Origin: Candidatus Eiseniibacteriota bacterium
Lineage (GTDB): Bacteria > Eisenbacteria > RBG-16-71-46 > JABDJR01
DNA length: 64,000 bases
Direction: 5' to 3'
NCBI GenBank assembly: GCA_963762255.1
Contig: CAVXKA010000001.1
Span: forward strand, 1,248,001-1,312,000
This document shows, in pieces, positions 1 to 8,762 of the stretch; within the stretch, counting starts at the first letter, position 1; each line of letters opens with the position of its first letter. Under the pieces are notes generated by a model that was given only the letters and a program-made list of their open reading frames with translations, made no database searches and was not told where the DNA came from. A program made the translations under genes and the position numbers.

Positions 1-294
1 ATCCGTCTTGCCCGATTCAAACTCGCGGCGGTGAGCGGCCAGGATCCGGGTCAGCAGTTTGTGCTCGATGCGGTGGGTCGGCAAGTCCGGGTAGCCGATC
101 CGAGCCATGAAGGCCTCTTCATCCGCGAAGTGCCGGGAGGCATAGTTCAACACCTCGTCGAGCGCCTCTTCGTTCCCGGCCCCGTCATTCGAGTCCATGG
201 TCGCGACCAACTCGATCAGCTTCCTGTGCTGCGAGTCGATCTCGTCGACCCCGATGGAGAAGACAGCCTGCCAGGTGATGCGTTGACGATCCAC
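1..294 (-). CDS. Bacteriohemerythrin (3' end runs off window)
   Basis: Manual minus-strand translation from GTG 294: MDRQRITWQAVFSIGVDEIDSQHRKLIEL...YALRHFADEEAFMARIGYPDLPTHRIEH. Contains the W-x4-IG-x3-ID-x-QH, HF-x2-EE-x2-M and H-x3-H hemerythrin motifs. Purine-rich RBS (GAAAGGGG) upstream. Not in the ORF track. Confidence 0.9.
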   Translation of the reverse strand, partial: MDRQRITWQAVFSIGVDEIDSQHRKLIELVATMDSNDGAGNEEALDEVLNYASRHFADEEAFMARIGYPDLPTHRIEHKLLTRILAAHRREFESGKTD

Positions 295-514
295 GGTCCA
301 GAACACCCCTTTCTTGGTTCCACGGACGCGGCCAGGGGGGGATTCTAGACTATTTTAGTCCGATTTGGGGCCGGGACTTAATTGGGGGTGGCCGGGCGTG
401 ACGCATCTGTCCCGCCGGCCGCCCCCCCCTCGTCGGTTGACACGCGCGCGGCTAGAATGACGCCCGGACAAGCGAATCTAGGCACCACCGTCTCGTTCAC
501 AGGAGGTCGCCGAG

Positions 515-2095
515 ATGACAGAGCGCGAACCCCAGGACGACGCGGCGCAACCACCGGCTCGGGGCGTCGAGGGTCCCGGGAAGCCCGGGAGCGCGCGTCA
601 GCTCCGTGAGTCCGATCTCCGCGTGATCCTCGAATCGACCACCGATGGAATCCTGGCCGTCGACGATCGGGGGACCACGATCACCATGAATCGGACGTTC
701 GCCGAGATGTGGCGGATTCCACAGCTCATCCTCGACACCGCGGACGACGACGCTATGCTCGGATTCGTCCTCGATCAACTGGTCGATCCAGATGCGTTCC
801 TCAACAAGGTCAAGGCGCTCTACGGCACGACCTCGCTGGACATGGATACTCTGTTCTTCAAGGATGGGCGCGTCTTCGATCGGTACTCCGCGCCTCTGCT
901 CCAGGATGGCGCCGCCGTCGGCCGTGTGTGGTCCTTCCGGGACGTCACCGAACGCCGCCTGCTGGAGGCGGAACGGTTCAAGACCCAGAGGCTCGAAGCC
1001 ATCGGCGTGCTGGCGGGGGGGATCGCCCACGACTTCAATAACCTCCTGCAGGGTGTGTTCGGCTACATCTCGATGGCCAGGCGACGGATAGCGCCTGAGG
1101 ATCCCGCTCACGAGCTGCTCGGGGAGGCTGAGAAGGCCCTGGAGAAGTCGGTCAGTCTCACCGCCCAGCTTCTCACCTTCTCCAAGGGCGGGAAGCCGGT
1201 TCGAAAGCGGATGGCTCTGCGGGCGGTGATCGAGGACTCGGCGAGGTTGGCCCTGAGCGGTTCGCGCTGCGATCACCGGTTGACCGTAGCCGCCGATCTC
1301 TGGCCGGTGGATGCCGACGAGGGGCAACTCGCGCAGGTGATCCAGAACATCGTGCTCAACGCGAGCGAAGCCATGCCCGAGGGCGGAACCGTGGAGGTGT
1401 CCGCCGACAACGTGGAGCTGTCCTGGAGGAGTCATCCGCTGCTGCCGGAAGGTGGGCGATTCGTCCGGATCGCGATCCGGGATACCGGCTCCGGCATGTC
1501 GGAGCGCGACCTGACCCGCGCCTTCGACCCGTACTTCACGACCAAGCAGCATGGGAGCGGCCTCGGTTTGGCGACCTCCTATTCGATCATCAGGAACCAC
1601 GGGGGGACGATCGAGGCGGCATCCCGAGAGGGCGTCGGCAGCACCTTCACGATCCACCTCCACGCGAGCGACCTGCCGGTGGTTCCACCCTCTCCACGGA
1701 AAGAGCCGTCTCCGCTCAGGAGAGCCAAGATTCTGGTCATGGACGATGAGCCCGCCATCCGCGACGTGGTGGGGGACATGCTGACCGTCCTCGGGCACGA
1801 CGCGGAGTTTGCCGAAGACGGAGCGGAGGCGATCGAGCTGTATCGCCTCGCCAATGAGCGAGGCGCCCCCTTCGACTTGGTCATCCTGGACTTGACGATT
1901 CGCCGCGGTATGGGTGGCCGCCAGACGATAGCGAAGCTGAAGGAGATGGATCCCGGCGTCGTCGCGGTGGTGTCCAGCGGATACTGCGACGATGCGGTCG
2001 TCGCGGAGTACGCGGCATACGGTTTCCGCAGCTTCCTTCCCAAGCCCTTCGATCTGCAGGAGCTCCGATCGCTTCTGGGAACCGTGCTAGAGTGA
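515..2095 (+). CDS. Cytoplasmic hybrid sensor kinase (PAS-HisKA-HATPase-REC)
   Basis: H-box AGGIAHDFNNLL, N-box QNIVLNASEA, G boxes DTGSGM / PYFTTK / GSGLGL, C-terminal receiver (ILVMDDE...ILD...KPF). RBS AGGAGG. Confidence 0.93.
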   Translation: MTEREPQDDAAQPPARGVEGPGKPGSARQLRESDLRVILESTTDGILAVDDRGTTITMNRTFAEMWRIPQLILDTADDDAMLGFVLDQLVDPDAFLNKVKALYGTTSLDMDTLFFKDGRVFDRYSAPLLQDGAAVGRVWSFRDVTERRLLEAERFKTQRLEAIGVLAGGIAHDFNNLLQGVFGYISMARRRIAPEDPAHELLGEAEKALEKSVSLTAQLLTFSKGGKPVRKRMALRAVIEDSARLALSGSRCDHRLTVAADLWPVDADEGQLAQVIQNIVLNASEAMPEGGTVEVSADNVELSWRSHPLLPEGGRFVRIAIRDTGSGMSERDLTRAFDPYFTTKQHGSGLGLATSYSIIRNHGGTIEAASREGVGSTFTIHLHASDLPVVPPSPRKEPSPLRRAKILVMDDEPAIRDVVGDMLTVLGHDAEFAEDGAEAIELYRLANERGAPFDLVILDLTIRRGMGGRQTIAKLKEMDPGVVAVVSSGYCDDAVVAEYAAYGFRSFLPKPFDLQELRSLLGTVLE

Positions 2096-2161
2096 TCGAA
2101 GAGTCCATGCGTGCGTTCCCGCGGCGCATATTCCAGCCGCTGGAATCGCAAAGGAGGAATC

Positions 2162-2863
2162 ATGCCGCAGGCAAAGGACGGCTGCGTCAAAGCCGCGCGC
2201 GGACCGATAGTCGCTGAATCGGGTGCGCGCGATGCGACAGAAGCCGCATCATTCCGGGAGGTGACCATGATACGAGCACAGGTCGGCCGGGAAGCCCCCG
2301 ACTTCGAGGCGAACGCCTTCGTGGGCAAGGAGGGGTTCAAGCCGATCAAACTATCCGATCTCAGGGGCAGGTGGATCGTTCTCTGCTTCTACCCCGGCGA
2401 CTTCACCTTTGTGTGACCCACCGAACTGGCCGCGGTCGCGGCCCGTTACGGTGAGCTGAAGAAGCTCGGCGTCGAGGTGCTTGCCGCCAGCACGGACAGC
2501 CGTTTCGTGCACAAGATCTGGCAGGAGGAGGAACTCTCCAAGATGCTGGACGGCGGTGTGCCGTTCCCGATGCTCTCGGACGCGGGAGGCAAGATCGGTG
2601 ACCTCTATGGTGTGTACGATTCCATGGCTGGTGTGGACATCCGAGGACGGTTCATCATCGATCCGGACTTCGTCATTCGGGCCATGGAGGTTCTCACTCC
2701 GGAAGTGGGGAGGAACCCCGAGGAGTTGATCAGACAGGTGAACGCCTTTCAGCATGTCAGGGCCACCGGAGAGGTAACCCCTTCCGGTTGGCAACCGGGT
2801 CAGCCCACGCTGACGCCCGGTCCGGAGCTGGCGGGCAAAGTCTGGAAGGTGTGGAAGCCCTGA
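2162..2863 (+). CDS. prxU: Selenocysteine-containing peroxiredoxin (AhpC/PrxU type); UGA at 2414-2416 read as Sec
   Basis: ORFs 2111-2416 and 2477-2863 are in one frame. [15 protein letters not shown] puts UGA at the peroxidatic Cys of the AhpC motif FTFVCPTE. RBS AAGGAGG before ATG 2162. Confidence 0.93.
2420..2452 (+). promoter_or_regulatory. Putative bacterial SECIS hairpin of prxU
   Basis: GGCCGC-GGTC-GCGGCC stem-loop (2428-2443), extended by ACCG.AAC/GTT.CGGT pairing, starting 12 nt after the UGA. Confidence 0.7.
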
Positions 2864-2891
2864 TCGTAGGAGGCTGTTCGCACCGATGACG

Positions 2892-2930
2892 GCAGGCCGG
2901 GCCGGACCACAATGTCCGGCCCGGTCCTGC
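2892..2930 (+). terminator. GC-rich hairpin downstream of prxU (no U-tract)
   Basis: CCGGGCCGGAC-cacaat-GTCCGGCCCGG, a perfect 11-bp stem. Confidence 0.5.
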
Positions 2931-2964
2931 ATCGTTCGCGAGCGGCTGCGATATACTCCCGCGA

Positions 2965-3969
2965 ATGTCCTGGACTCCCGGTCTCGCGCAGGCCCCGCGG
3001 AAGATTCTGCTCATCCAGCTCCGGCGCATCGGGGACGCGGTCCTGGTAACCCCGGCGCTCGATGCGCTGCAAGAGGCGTGGCCCGAGGCCGAATTGCATC
3101 TCCTCACCGCGCCGCCGGTGGAGCAGCTTTTCGAGGGCGACTCGCGTTTGGAGCGCGTCTGGGTGCGGCCTTCGCGCCTGCGTCTTCCCGCGCTGGCCAT
3201 GGCGCTGCGCGGCGCGCAGTTCGATCTCGCCTTCGACTTTCAATCCGCCCCGCTGACCGCCCTTCTGGCTCTTGCCACCGGCGCCTTCACCGTGGGGTTT
3301 CGTAGGCGGTGGCGGCACTATCACCGAGCCGTGGAATTGCAGCTGCATCAGGGGTCTCAGTACGCCGCGGACCACAAGCTCGATCTTCTGCGCGCACTGG
3401 GTCTCAAGCCGCTCTCTCTGTTGCCTCGACTCGCGCACCGCGCGAAAGACATGACTCCCTGGAGCGATCTGCCTTCGGGACCCAAGGTTGCGCTGATTCC
3501 GGTGAGTCCATGGGCGCACAAGCGCTGGTCGGCGGAGGCGTTCGCCGAGACTGCGCGGCTCCTCCACGAGCAGACCGGCGCCGTGTTCGTCGTGGCGGGG
3601 GGGCCGGGGGAGGAGACCGCTCTGCGCGAGGTCGCGGATCGCCTCACCGACGTGCCGCACCGCGTGCGCGCGTTCGGACCGCTGCGCGATCTTGCCGCCT
3701 TCCTGGCCGGAGCGGATCTTTACCTGGGTAACGACAACGGTCCCCGACATATCGCGCTTGCCCAGGGCGTGCCCACTATCGCGCGATTCAGCCGCGACAA
3801 CCCCACGCACTGGACGCCGCCGTCCGATCCGCGGCATCCCGTGATCTGGGACGCGTCCCACGTGCGGGGGCGCGCGGTGCGGGGGGATCTCATCATTCTT
3901 CCCGAGGATCCGATCGCCGTCGCGCGGGCCGCCGCGGATCTATTGCGCCTCACCAAGGAACACGCATGA
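2965..3969 (+). CDS. Glycosyltransferase family 9 (heptosyltransferase-like)
   Basis: ILLIQLRRIGDAVL N-terminal motif, HKRW, YLGNDNGPRHIALAQGVPT typical of GT9. Confidence 0.9.
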   Translation: MSWTPGLAQAPRKILLIQLRRIGDAVLVTPALDALQEAWPEAELHLLTAPPVEQLFEGDSRLERVWVRPSRLRLPALAMALRGAQFDLAFDFQSAPLTALLALATGAFTVGFRRRWRHYHRAVELQLHQGSQYAADHKLDLLRALGLKPLSLLPRLAHRAKDMTPWSDLPSGPKVALIPVSPWAHKRWSAEAFAETARLLHEQTGAVFVVAGGPGEETALREVADRLTDVPHRVRAFGPLRDLAAFLAGADLYLGNDNGPRHIALAQGVPTIARFSRDNPTHWTPPSDPRHPVIWDASHVRGRAVRGDLIILPEDPIAVARAAADLLRLTKEHA

Positions 3970-4727
3970 AGACGATCATCATCGCCGCCGGTCAGGGGTC
4001 GCGCCTCTGGGAGACCACGGATCGCGTTCCCAAGACGCTGCTTCCGCTCGGCAATGGCACCGTCCTTTCGAGGATCGTGACCAATTTTGCAGCGGTGGGG
4101 GTGAACGAGTTCGTGGTGGTCGTGGGCTTCCGCAGCGAGTTCATCGTCGAGTACATCGAGCGGAACAGTCACTTCGGCAAGCGGTTCACGATCGTGGAGA
4201 ATCGGGAGTGGGAGCGAGGGAACGGGATCTCGGTGCTGCGCGCGCAGGCGGCGCTCGCCCCCGGCGAGACCGCGCTGCTCTCCATGTCGGATCATCTGGT
4301 GAGTTCAGTTGCGCTGGCGCGGATCAAAGACGCCCCCGGCGATCGGAACCTGCTCTTGACCGACGACCGCATCGCGGAGGTCTTCGACCTTGACGACGCC
4401 ACCAAAGTGAAGGCCGAGAACGGCACGATCGTCGACATCGGGAAGGAGCTGGCCGACTACAACGCGCTCGACTGCGGGATCTTCCGGATCAACGCGCGCT
4501 TCTTCGCCGCGCTACGCGAGCAGATCGCGCAGGGGCGCGAGAGCATCTCGGACGCGGTGCAGGTGCTGGTGCGAAGCCGCGACATGGGAATCGTCGAGTT
4601 CCCCGCCGACGCGTGCTGGATCGACGTGGACACCCCTGAGGCTTACCGGCATGTTCTGGAGCACCTCGATATCTTCGACGCTCCCGCCGCTGTTTCGTCG
4701 CGGCCGCCCGTCGCGAAGCCCCGATGA
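3966..4727 (+). CDS. Nucleotidyltransferase (LicC/phosphocholine or sugar-phosphate cytidylyltransferase-like)
   Basis: IIIAAGQGSRL...PKTLL signature and WIDVDTPE C-terminal motif. ATGA overlap with the upstream gene. Confidence 0.88.
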   Translation: MKTIIIAAGQGSRLWETTDRVPKTLLPLGNGTVLSRIVTNFAAVGVNEFVVVVGFRSEFIVEYIERNSHFGKRFTIVENREWERGNGISVLRAQAALAPGETALLSMSDHLVSSVALARIKDAPGDRNLLLTDDRIAEVFDLDDATKVKAENGTIVDIGKELADYNALDCGIFRINARFFAALREQIAQGRESISDAVQVLVRSRDMGIVEFPADACWIDVDTPEAYRHVLEHLDIFDAPAAVSSRPPVAKPR

Positions 4728-5004
4728 CCCGCATCAAGCCTCTGATCAAGATCGGTTTCCTCTACCACAAGGCGGCGTTCGATCCGCTCATCGACCTCTT
4801 TCTGGCCGATGATCGCTACGACGGCTACTTCGCGCTCGATGAAGAGCGCGTGCGGCGATTCGGTATTACTCTATCGCCATCTCGCGAAGAACATGGATAC
4901 CCGCTACGAGATCTTCGTGGGGGGGCAGTACCGAGTGGACCGCATCCGCGAGTCGGGCGCGCTGGGGAAGAGCGAGATCCACCTCGCAGGGCTCCCCAAA
5001 CTGG
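4724..5004 (+). pseudogene. 5' remnant of the TagF-like glycerophosphotransferase gene (copy 1; internal deletion, frameshift, truncation)
   Basis: MTRIKPLIKIGFLYHKAAFDPLI matches the start of 12970-14118. The 180 bp equivalent to 13111-13290 is replaced by 'ATTA' at 4865-4868. Similarity ends near 5004. Translationally coupled (ATGA) to the NTP-transferase. Confidence 0.85.
4869..4957 (+). repeat. 89-bp direct repeat, left copy (partner 11189-11277)
   Basis: CTCTATCGCCAT...GAGTCGGG is identical to 11189-11277 except one base (4921 G vs 11241 A). Confidence 0.9.
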
Positions 5005-5148
5005 CCAGTGGAGACGTGAGAACGGCGATCCGGTTGTCAGCGGGCAGAGACTGACCCTATACTCGGGAACGGATCGAAGGACTACTGAGGGGCCGTAGGG
5101 CGCCGGGATGCCGTTTGTTCTTCTTATCCCCCGCGCAAGGAGAGTGTC

Positions 5149-6324
5149 ATGAGGCATTGGCTCCGAATCCATTCATTGCTGATCCCATTACTCGTGTTCT
5201 CCATGACTGTTGACTGGAGTTCCGGTCGTGCCGAAGCGGGTCAACCTTCTTGCAAGTACAAGTGGAAGGTAGCGCTGATGCGGACGCCTCAGCCGCATCT
5301 AAACGCTCGTCGGGCGTTTGCCGCTGCGTACTACCGCGTGCAGCAGGAAGATCGAAACGCTAGATTGAAATTGGCTATATCTGGGAACAGCTTGCTCATG
5401 GGAAGCTCAAACGGCGAAGTTAGATCCATCAAGACAACGGAGTGGATCTTCTATTTCACGAAAAGCGACGGCGCGACGATGGAAGCGCGCGTGAACTTGG
5501 ACGGCATTGTCCGTACCACGGCATCCAAACGGGATTTCGCGAAGGAACCCGACATCCCAACAACATGGATATCCGATGTTGACGCCGAATCGTGCCTCAG
5601 TTTGTTTAGTCAAAGCCTTGGCGAACAAAGGCTTGTCGTGGGCGACTCGTCGCTGCCCGTCCCGGTTCTTCAATGGCAGAAATTGGGCGGCAACCAGACG
5701 CTCTACTGGTTACTGCCGTATATGGTCAAACGTAAGAGTTACGGCGTTGATGCAATGATGGGGGATGTCCTCGAATTAGGGTCTGGTCAGGTCGTCTGGG
5801 CATCACCGCGACCGCATTACCAGCCTCAACTCCGTGCTTGGCAAGAACCTAGCCGTCTTATAACAGACTACGCCGGAATTGAACGCGACCTCACTACGCT
5901 TGCTCGGGACTCGAGTATTAAGGCGAAAGCGATTCGTGGGTTAATTAGCTGTATTCTCGGGCGTCTTCTAGAGGGCGAAGAGATCTTGGAGGACGTGGCC
6001 GTTGATCGACCAACGAACGCGGACGTGCGGAGTATTCTAGCTGAGATTTCCTTCTACCGTATGGCGTACGATCAGGCGATCCGGCAATACAATGGGGTGG
6101 TCGCGATAGATCCATCCCCTAAATATTTCGAGACACGAGGGAACGTTCTTGCGATGAGCGGAGTCATCGACGAGGCGGTATGCTCTTTCGAACGCACGCG
6201 CGCCGTGAATCTGGACGTGGATGACGATATCGCGTTCGCACGAGGCGACGGAAGTTTCATGTCGTTTCGAGACATCACATTGTCTTACAACGGCGTTACA
6301 TACGTCTGGCACCACGAGTACTAA
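5149..6324 (+). CDS. Secreted hypothetical protein: signal peptide, PepSY-like region, C-terminal TPR-like helices
   Basis: Hydrophobic N-terminus ending AEA-G; YWLLPY...GVDAMMGDVL PepSY-like end; AEISFYRMAYDQAIRQYNGVVAIDP and RGNVLAMSGVIDEAVCSFER are TPR-like. RBS AAGGAG; lower GC than flanks. Confidence 0.7.
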   Translation: MRHWLRIHSLLIPLLVFSMTVDWSSGRAEAGQPSCKYKWKVALMRTPQPHLNARRAFAAAYYRVQQEDRNARLKLAISGNSLLMGSSNGEVRSIKTTEWIFYFTKSDGATMEARVNLDGIVRTTASKRDFAKEPDIPTTWISDVDAESCLSLFSQSLGEQRLVVGDSSLPVPVLQWQKLGGNQTLYWLLPYMVKRKSYGVDAMMGDVLELGSGQVVWASPRPHYQPQLRAWQEPSRLITDYAGIERDLTTLARDSSIKAKAIRGLISCILGRLLEGEEILEDVAVDRPTNADVRSILAEISFYRMAYDQAIRQYNGVVAIDPSPKYFETRGNVLAMSGVIDEAVCSFERTRAVNLDVDDDIAFARGDGSFMSFRDITLSYNGVTYVWHHEY

Positions 6325-6335
6325 GGGATAACTCG

Positions 6336-6923
6336 GTGCGCTTCGAGAGGACGACAATTCTGGCCGGAGCTGCCGTCTTGAATCGAGAAACCAAAGATGA
6401 AGATATCGACGCGGAAATTAGTCTATTGCAGATAACGGCCGGCGCGGGAGTAATTCGATGTGACGCGCGGTACTCAACGCTCGCTGGGTTGTGTATAGTG
6501 CTTATTGACTTAAGCAAGGATGATCGTGCTGTACGCAAACGGGACGTGGGGACAGAGTGTGTCGCCTATATCGACAACTGGGCTGTCGCCTGCCACAACG
6601 ACGTGCACTCTAACGCTACGGGACTCGAACGTGACATGGCCACGGGTGACACTCATGTATGCGGCGCAACGGGGCAACTTAATAACCACGCAACTGCCGA
6701 TGGAACTTGCGGCCTCAGTGAACATGGCTTCGCACAAGGGCGACGCTGCGCTCTTACCGGCAGCGCAGAAGTGGAGATAGCCCGTCGTCTAACTGCTGCC
6801 GGACCAGGGCTGTGCTGGAGTAGCCAACATCCGAGCTTGGACGGATCGCGGCGATACGGGGCTGTGTATAGCCTGGAGCATGGGACCAAAGAAGATTGTT
6901 TCGCTGCTCGGTGGTCGACGTAG
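6336..6923 (+). CDS. Hypothetical Cys-rich protein (195 aa, 9 Cys)
   Basis: Stop-free 195 codons in a lower-GC stretch. Tiles between the neighbours with 11-nt and 13-nt gaps; AAGGGA upstream. No family recognised with confidence. Confidence 0.5.
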   Translation: MRFERTTILAGAAVLNRETKDEDIDAEISLLQITAGAGVIRCDARYSTLAGLCIVLIDLSKDDRAVRKRDVGTECVAYIDNWAVACHNDVHSNATGLERDMATGDTHVCGATGQLNNHATADGTCGLSEHGFAQGRRCALTGSAEVEIARRLTAAGPGLCWSSQHPSLDGSRRYGAVYSLEHGTKEDCFAARWST

Positions 6924-6936
6924 GTAGTGAGGTCGT

Positions 6937-8505
6937 ATGGAAGGCCACGTATTTATCAGCTACGCGCGCGCGGATGCCTGGGCGGTCTTGCCTCTCGCGG
7001 AGGAACTGCGGGCGCGGGGCATCACAGTCTGGGTCGACAGCCGGGACATCCCGGCGGCTGCACGGTGGTCATCCGAGATCGTCGATGCCATAGGCAACGC
7101 GAGCGCAGTTCTTCTGTGCCTATCCAAGAGGGCGGTGGCGTCTTCCCACGTTCGCCGGGAGCTGTCAGTGGCGGGAGAAACTTCGAAGGCGATTGTGCCC
7201 ATATATCTCGAGCCCACTGTCCTCCCACCAGATTTCCTTTATTATCTCACCGGAATCCAGGCCATCAACCTGGCGAACGAGCCTCCCGGCGCGGCGGTCG
7301 ACCGAATCATCAAGGTCCTGCATGAAGCCCAGGCGCCGATCCGGAAACGCTTGCCGGCACCGAGCCCGACGCCGGCGACCTGGCCTCTCGCCCGACCACG
7401 CCGAAGTTGGCTGCGGGTGACGGCTGCTTTCCTGGTGGGCCTGGCCATCGTGGTCGCGCTTCTCCTTCACGCGGCCGGCTACCTCGACATCCGATCGCCG
7501 TGGAGCGCGACCCAGGAACCAGAATTGCGATCAAACCAAGTCTTCAAGGACAGGTTCATCTGGTTGAAGCCTCCGCCGCTTCTCAAGGGCCCCTTCTACA
7601 ACTGCTCGAAGTACATAATCTCCTTCGAAATGGGCAACGAGCAGAGCGCGCCACTAGTCGTGCCGAAGATCGATTTCTACTTCGTGAATCCGGAGGTGCA
7701 GAACCGTATCCGCGGGTTCCCGGAGATGCTCCACGGGAGCTTTCTTCATGGCACGTATGAGAACCCAGGTAGGGGATACTGGCTGCCGAACGAGGCCCAA
7801 TCCGTGGAGATGGAGGCGGAATTCCTGCCCCGTTCCGTGCACGTTTACGTGTACCACTCCGGGACGGCGCAGCCATCCTATTTTGAAGTGCCCCTGAGTA
7901 GGGAAGAGGATGCAGAGTACTGGCCCGGACCGAGGACGGTAGAGAAGGGTAATCTCGAGAGCGGCATTGACGGAGGTGCGGCCTACCGGCAGGCGGCGAC
8001 CGTGGCAGAAGGGCTTCTCGACGCACCCCGGTTGTCCATGGCGGTTCCCATGAAGACCGCGACCACTAAGCAAGGTAACGGACTGGATATCGTCGCGATC
8101 TCTTCGTGGGCATTCCTGTTCGGGGAACCGACCGGGCAGAGGGGGGTCTGGGTGAACGTGGGTGATGGCGAGCCGCGGGGAAGCGTGATCACACCGGAAT
8201 CGGATCCGGAGTATCGAGAATTTCTGAATTATGGGTCCGTGAGGCCCATTCGCGTCGGCACCCGGGAGGCCGTTGCGACCGTCAGCCAGGCCGGTATGAT
8301 CTACGACAACTCTTGCGGGTCGTTCTGGCTCGATCCTCGCGGAGTAGTTGATGGCGAGGAGCATCCTGTGTGGAAACTCCCTTACGTAGGAGACGACTAC
8401 ATGACCCTGTTTGTCGATGCGTTCGACGGGAAGGTCCTTGACCTCGACATCGATTATCAGCAGACTGGGAAGGGCCCACCATGGAAATACAATATCAGAA
8501 GGTAG
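6937..8505 (+). CDS. TIR-domain single-pass membrane protein with a large extracytoplasmic domain
   Basis: VFISYARAD...VWVD...WSSEIVDAI...SSHVRRELSVA (TIR with the conserved Glu), Pro-rich linker, TM helix VTAAFLVGLAIVVALLL, C-terminal VWKLPY...FVDAFDGKVL PepSY-like end. Confidence 0.88.
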   Translation: MEGHVFISYARADAWAVLPLAEELRARGITVWVDSRDIPAAARWSSEIVDAIGNASAVLLCLSKRAVASSHVRRELSVAGETSKAIVPIYLEPTVLPPDFLYYLTGIQAINLANEPPGAAVDRIIKVLHEAQAPIRKRLPAPSPTPATWPLARPRRSWLRVTAAFLVGLAIVVALLLHAAGYLDIRSPWSATQEPELRSNQVFKDRFIWLKPPPLLKGPFYNCSKYIISFEMGNEQSAPLVVPKIDFYFVNPEVQNRIRGFPEMLHGSFLHGTYENPGRGYWLPNEAQSVEMEAEFLPRSVHVYVYHSGTAQPSYFEVPLSREEDAEYWPGPRTVEKGNLESGIDGGAAYRQAATVAEGLLDAPRLSMAVPMKTATTKQGNGLDIVAISSWAFLFGEPTGQRGVWVNVGDGEPRGSVITPESDPEYREFLNYGSVRPIRVGTREAVATVSQAGMIYDNSCGSFWLDPRGVVDGEEHPVWKLPYVGDDYMTLFVDAFDGKVLDLDIDYQQTGKGPPWKYNIRR

Positions 8506-8664
8506 CGAGAATCTCCCACACTGTCCCCGTCTCAACCAATAGCAGAATGAGCCAATAGTTGATGATTTGATTCTGCTATGAGCTTATCTTTATCCGGACA
8601 CGAAACTCTGCCCCCTAATCTCCCGGGGGACTCACTCGTTAGCGCTGTTGCCCGCGTCTACTTG

Positions 8665-8690
8665 TCGTTCCCAGGCTCGGCTTGGGAATG
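8665..8690 (+). repeat. REP-like short palindrome
   Basis: TCGTTCCCAGGCTCGGCTTGGGAATG resembles the TCGTTCCCAxGCTCxGCxTGGGAATG REP-type motif. Single copy in the window. Confidence 0.45.
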
Positions 8691-8762
8691 TCCGGCATTC
8701 CGCGAGGATCCTGCGCGAAGTTTTTATTGGAAAATCACCCGACAGCGTCTATCATAAGCGAT

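Noticed and set aside
31-348. ORF 31-348 (+)
   Set aside because: Antisense shadow of the hemerythrin gene.
6520-6780. Alternative small ORF 6520-6780
   Set aside because: Nested within the longer 6336-6923 ORF, which tiles the operon better; no recognisable motif.
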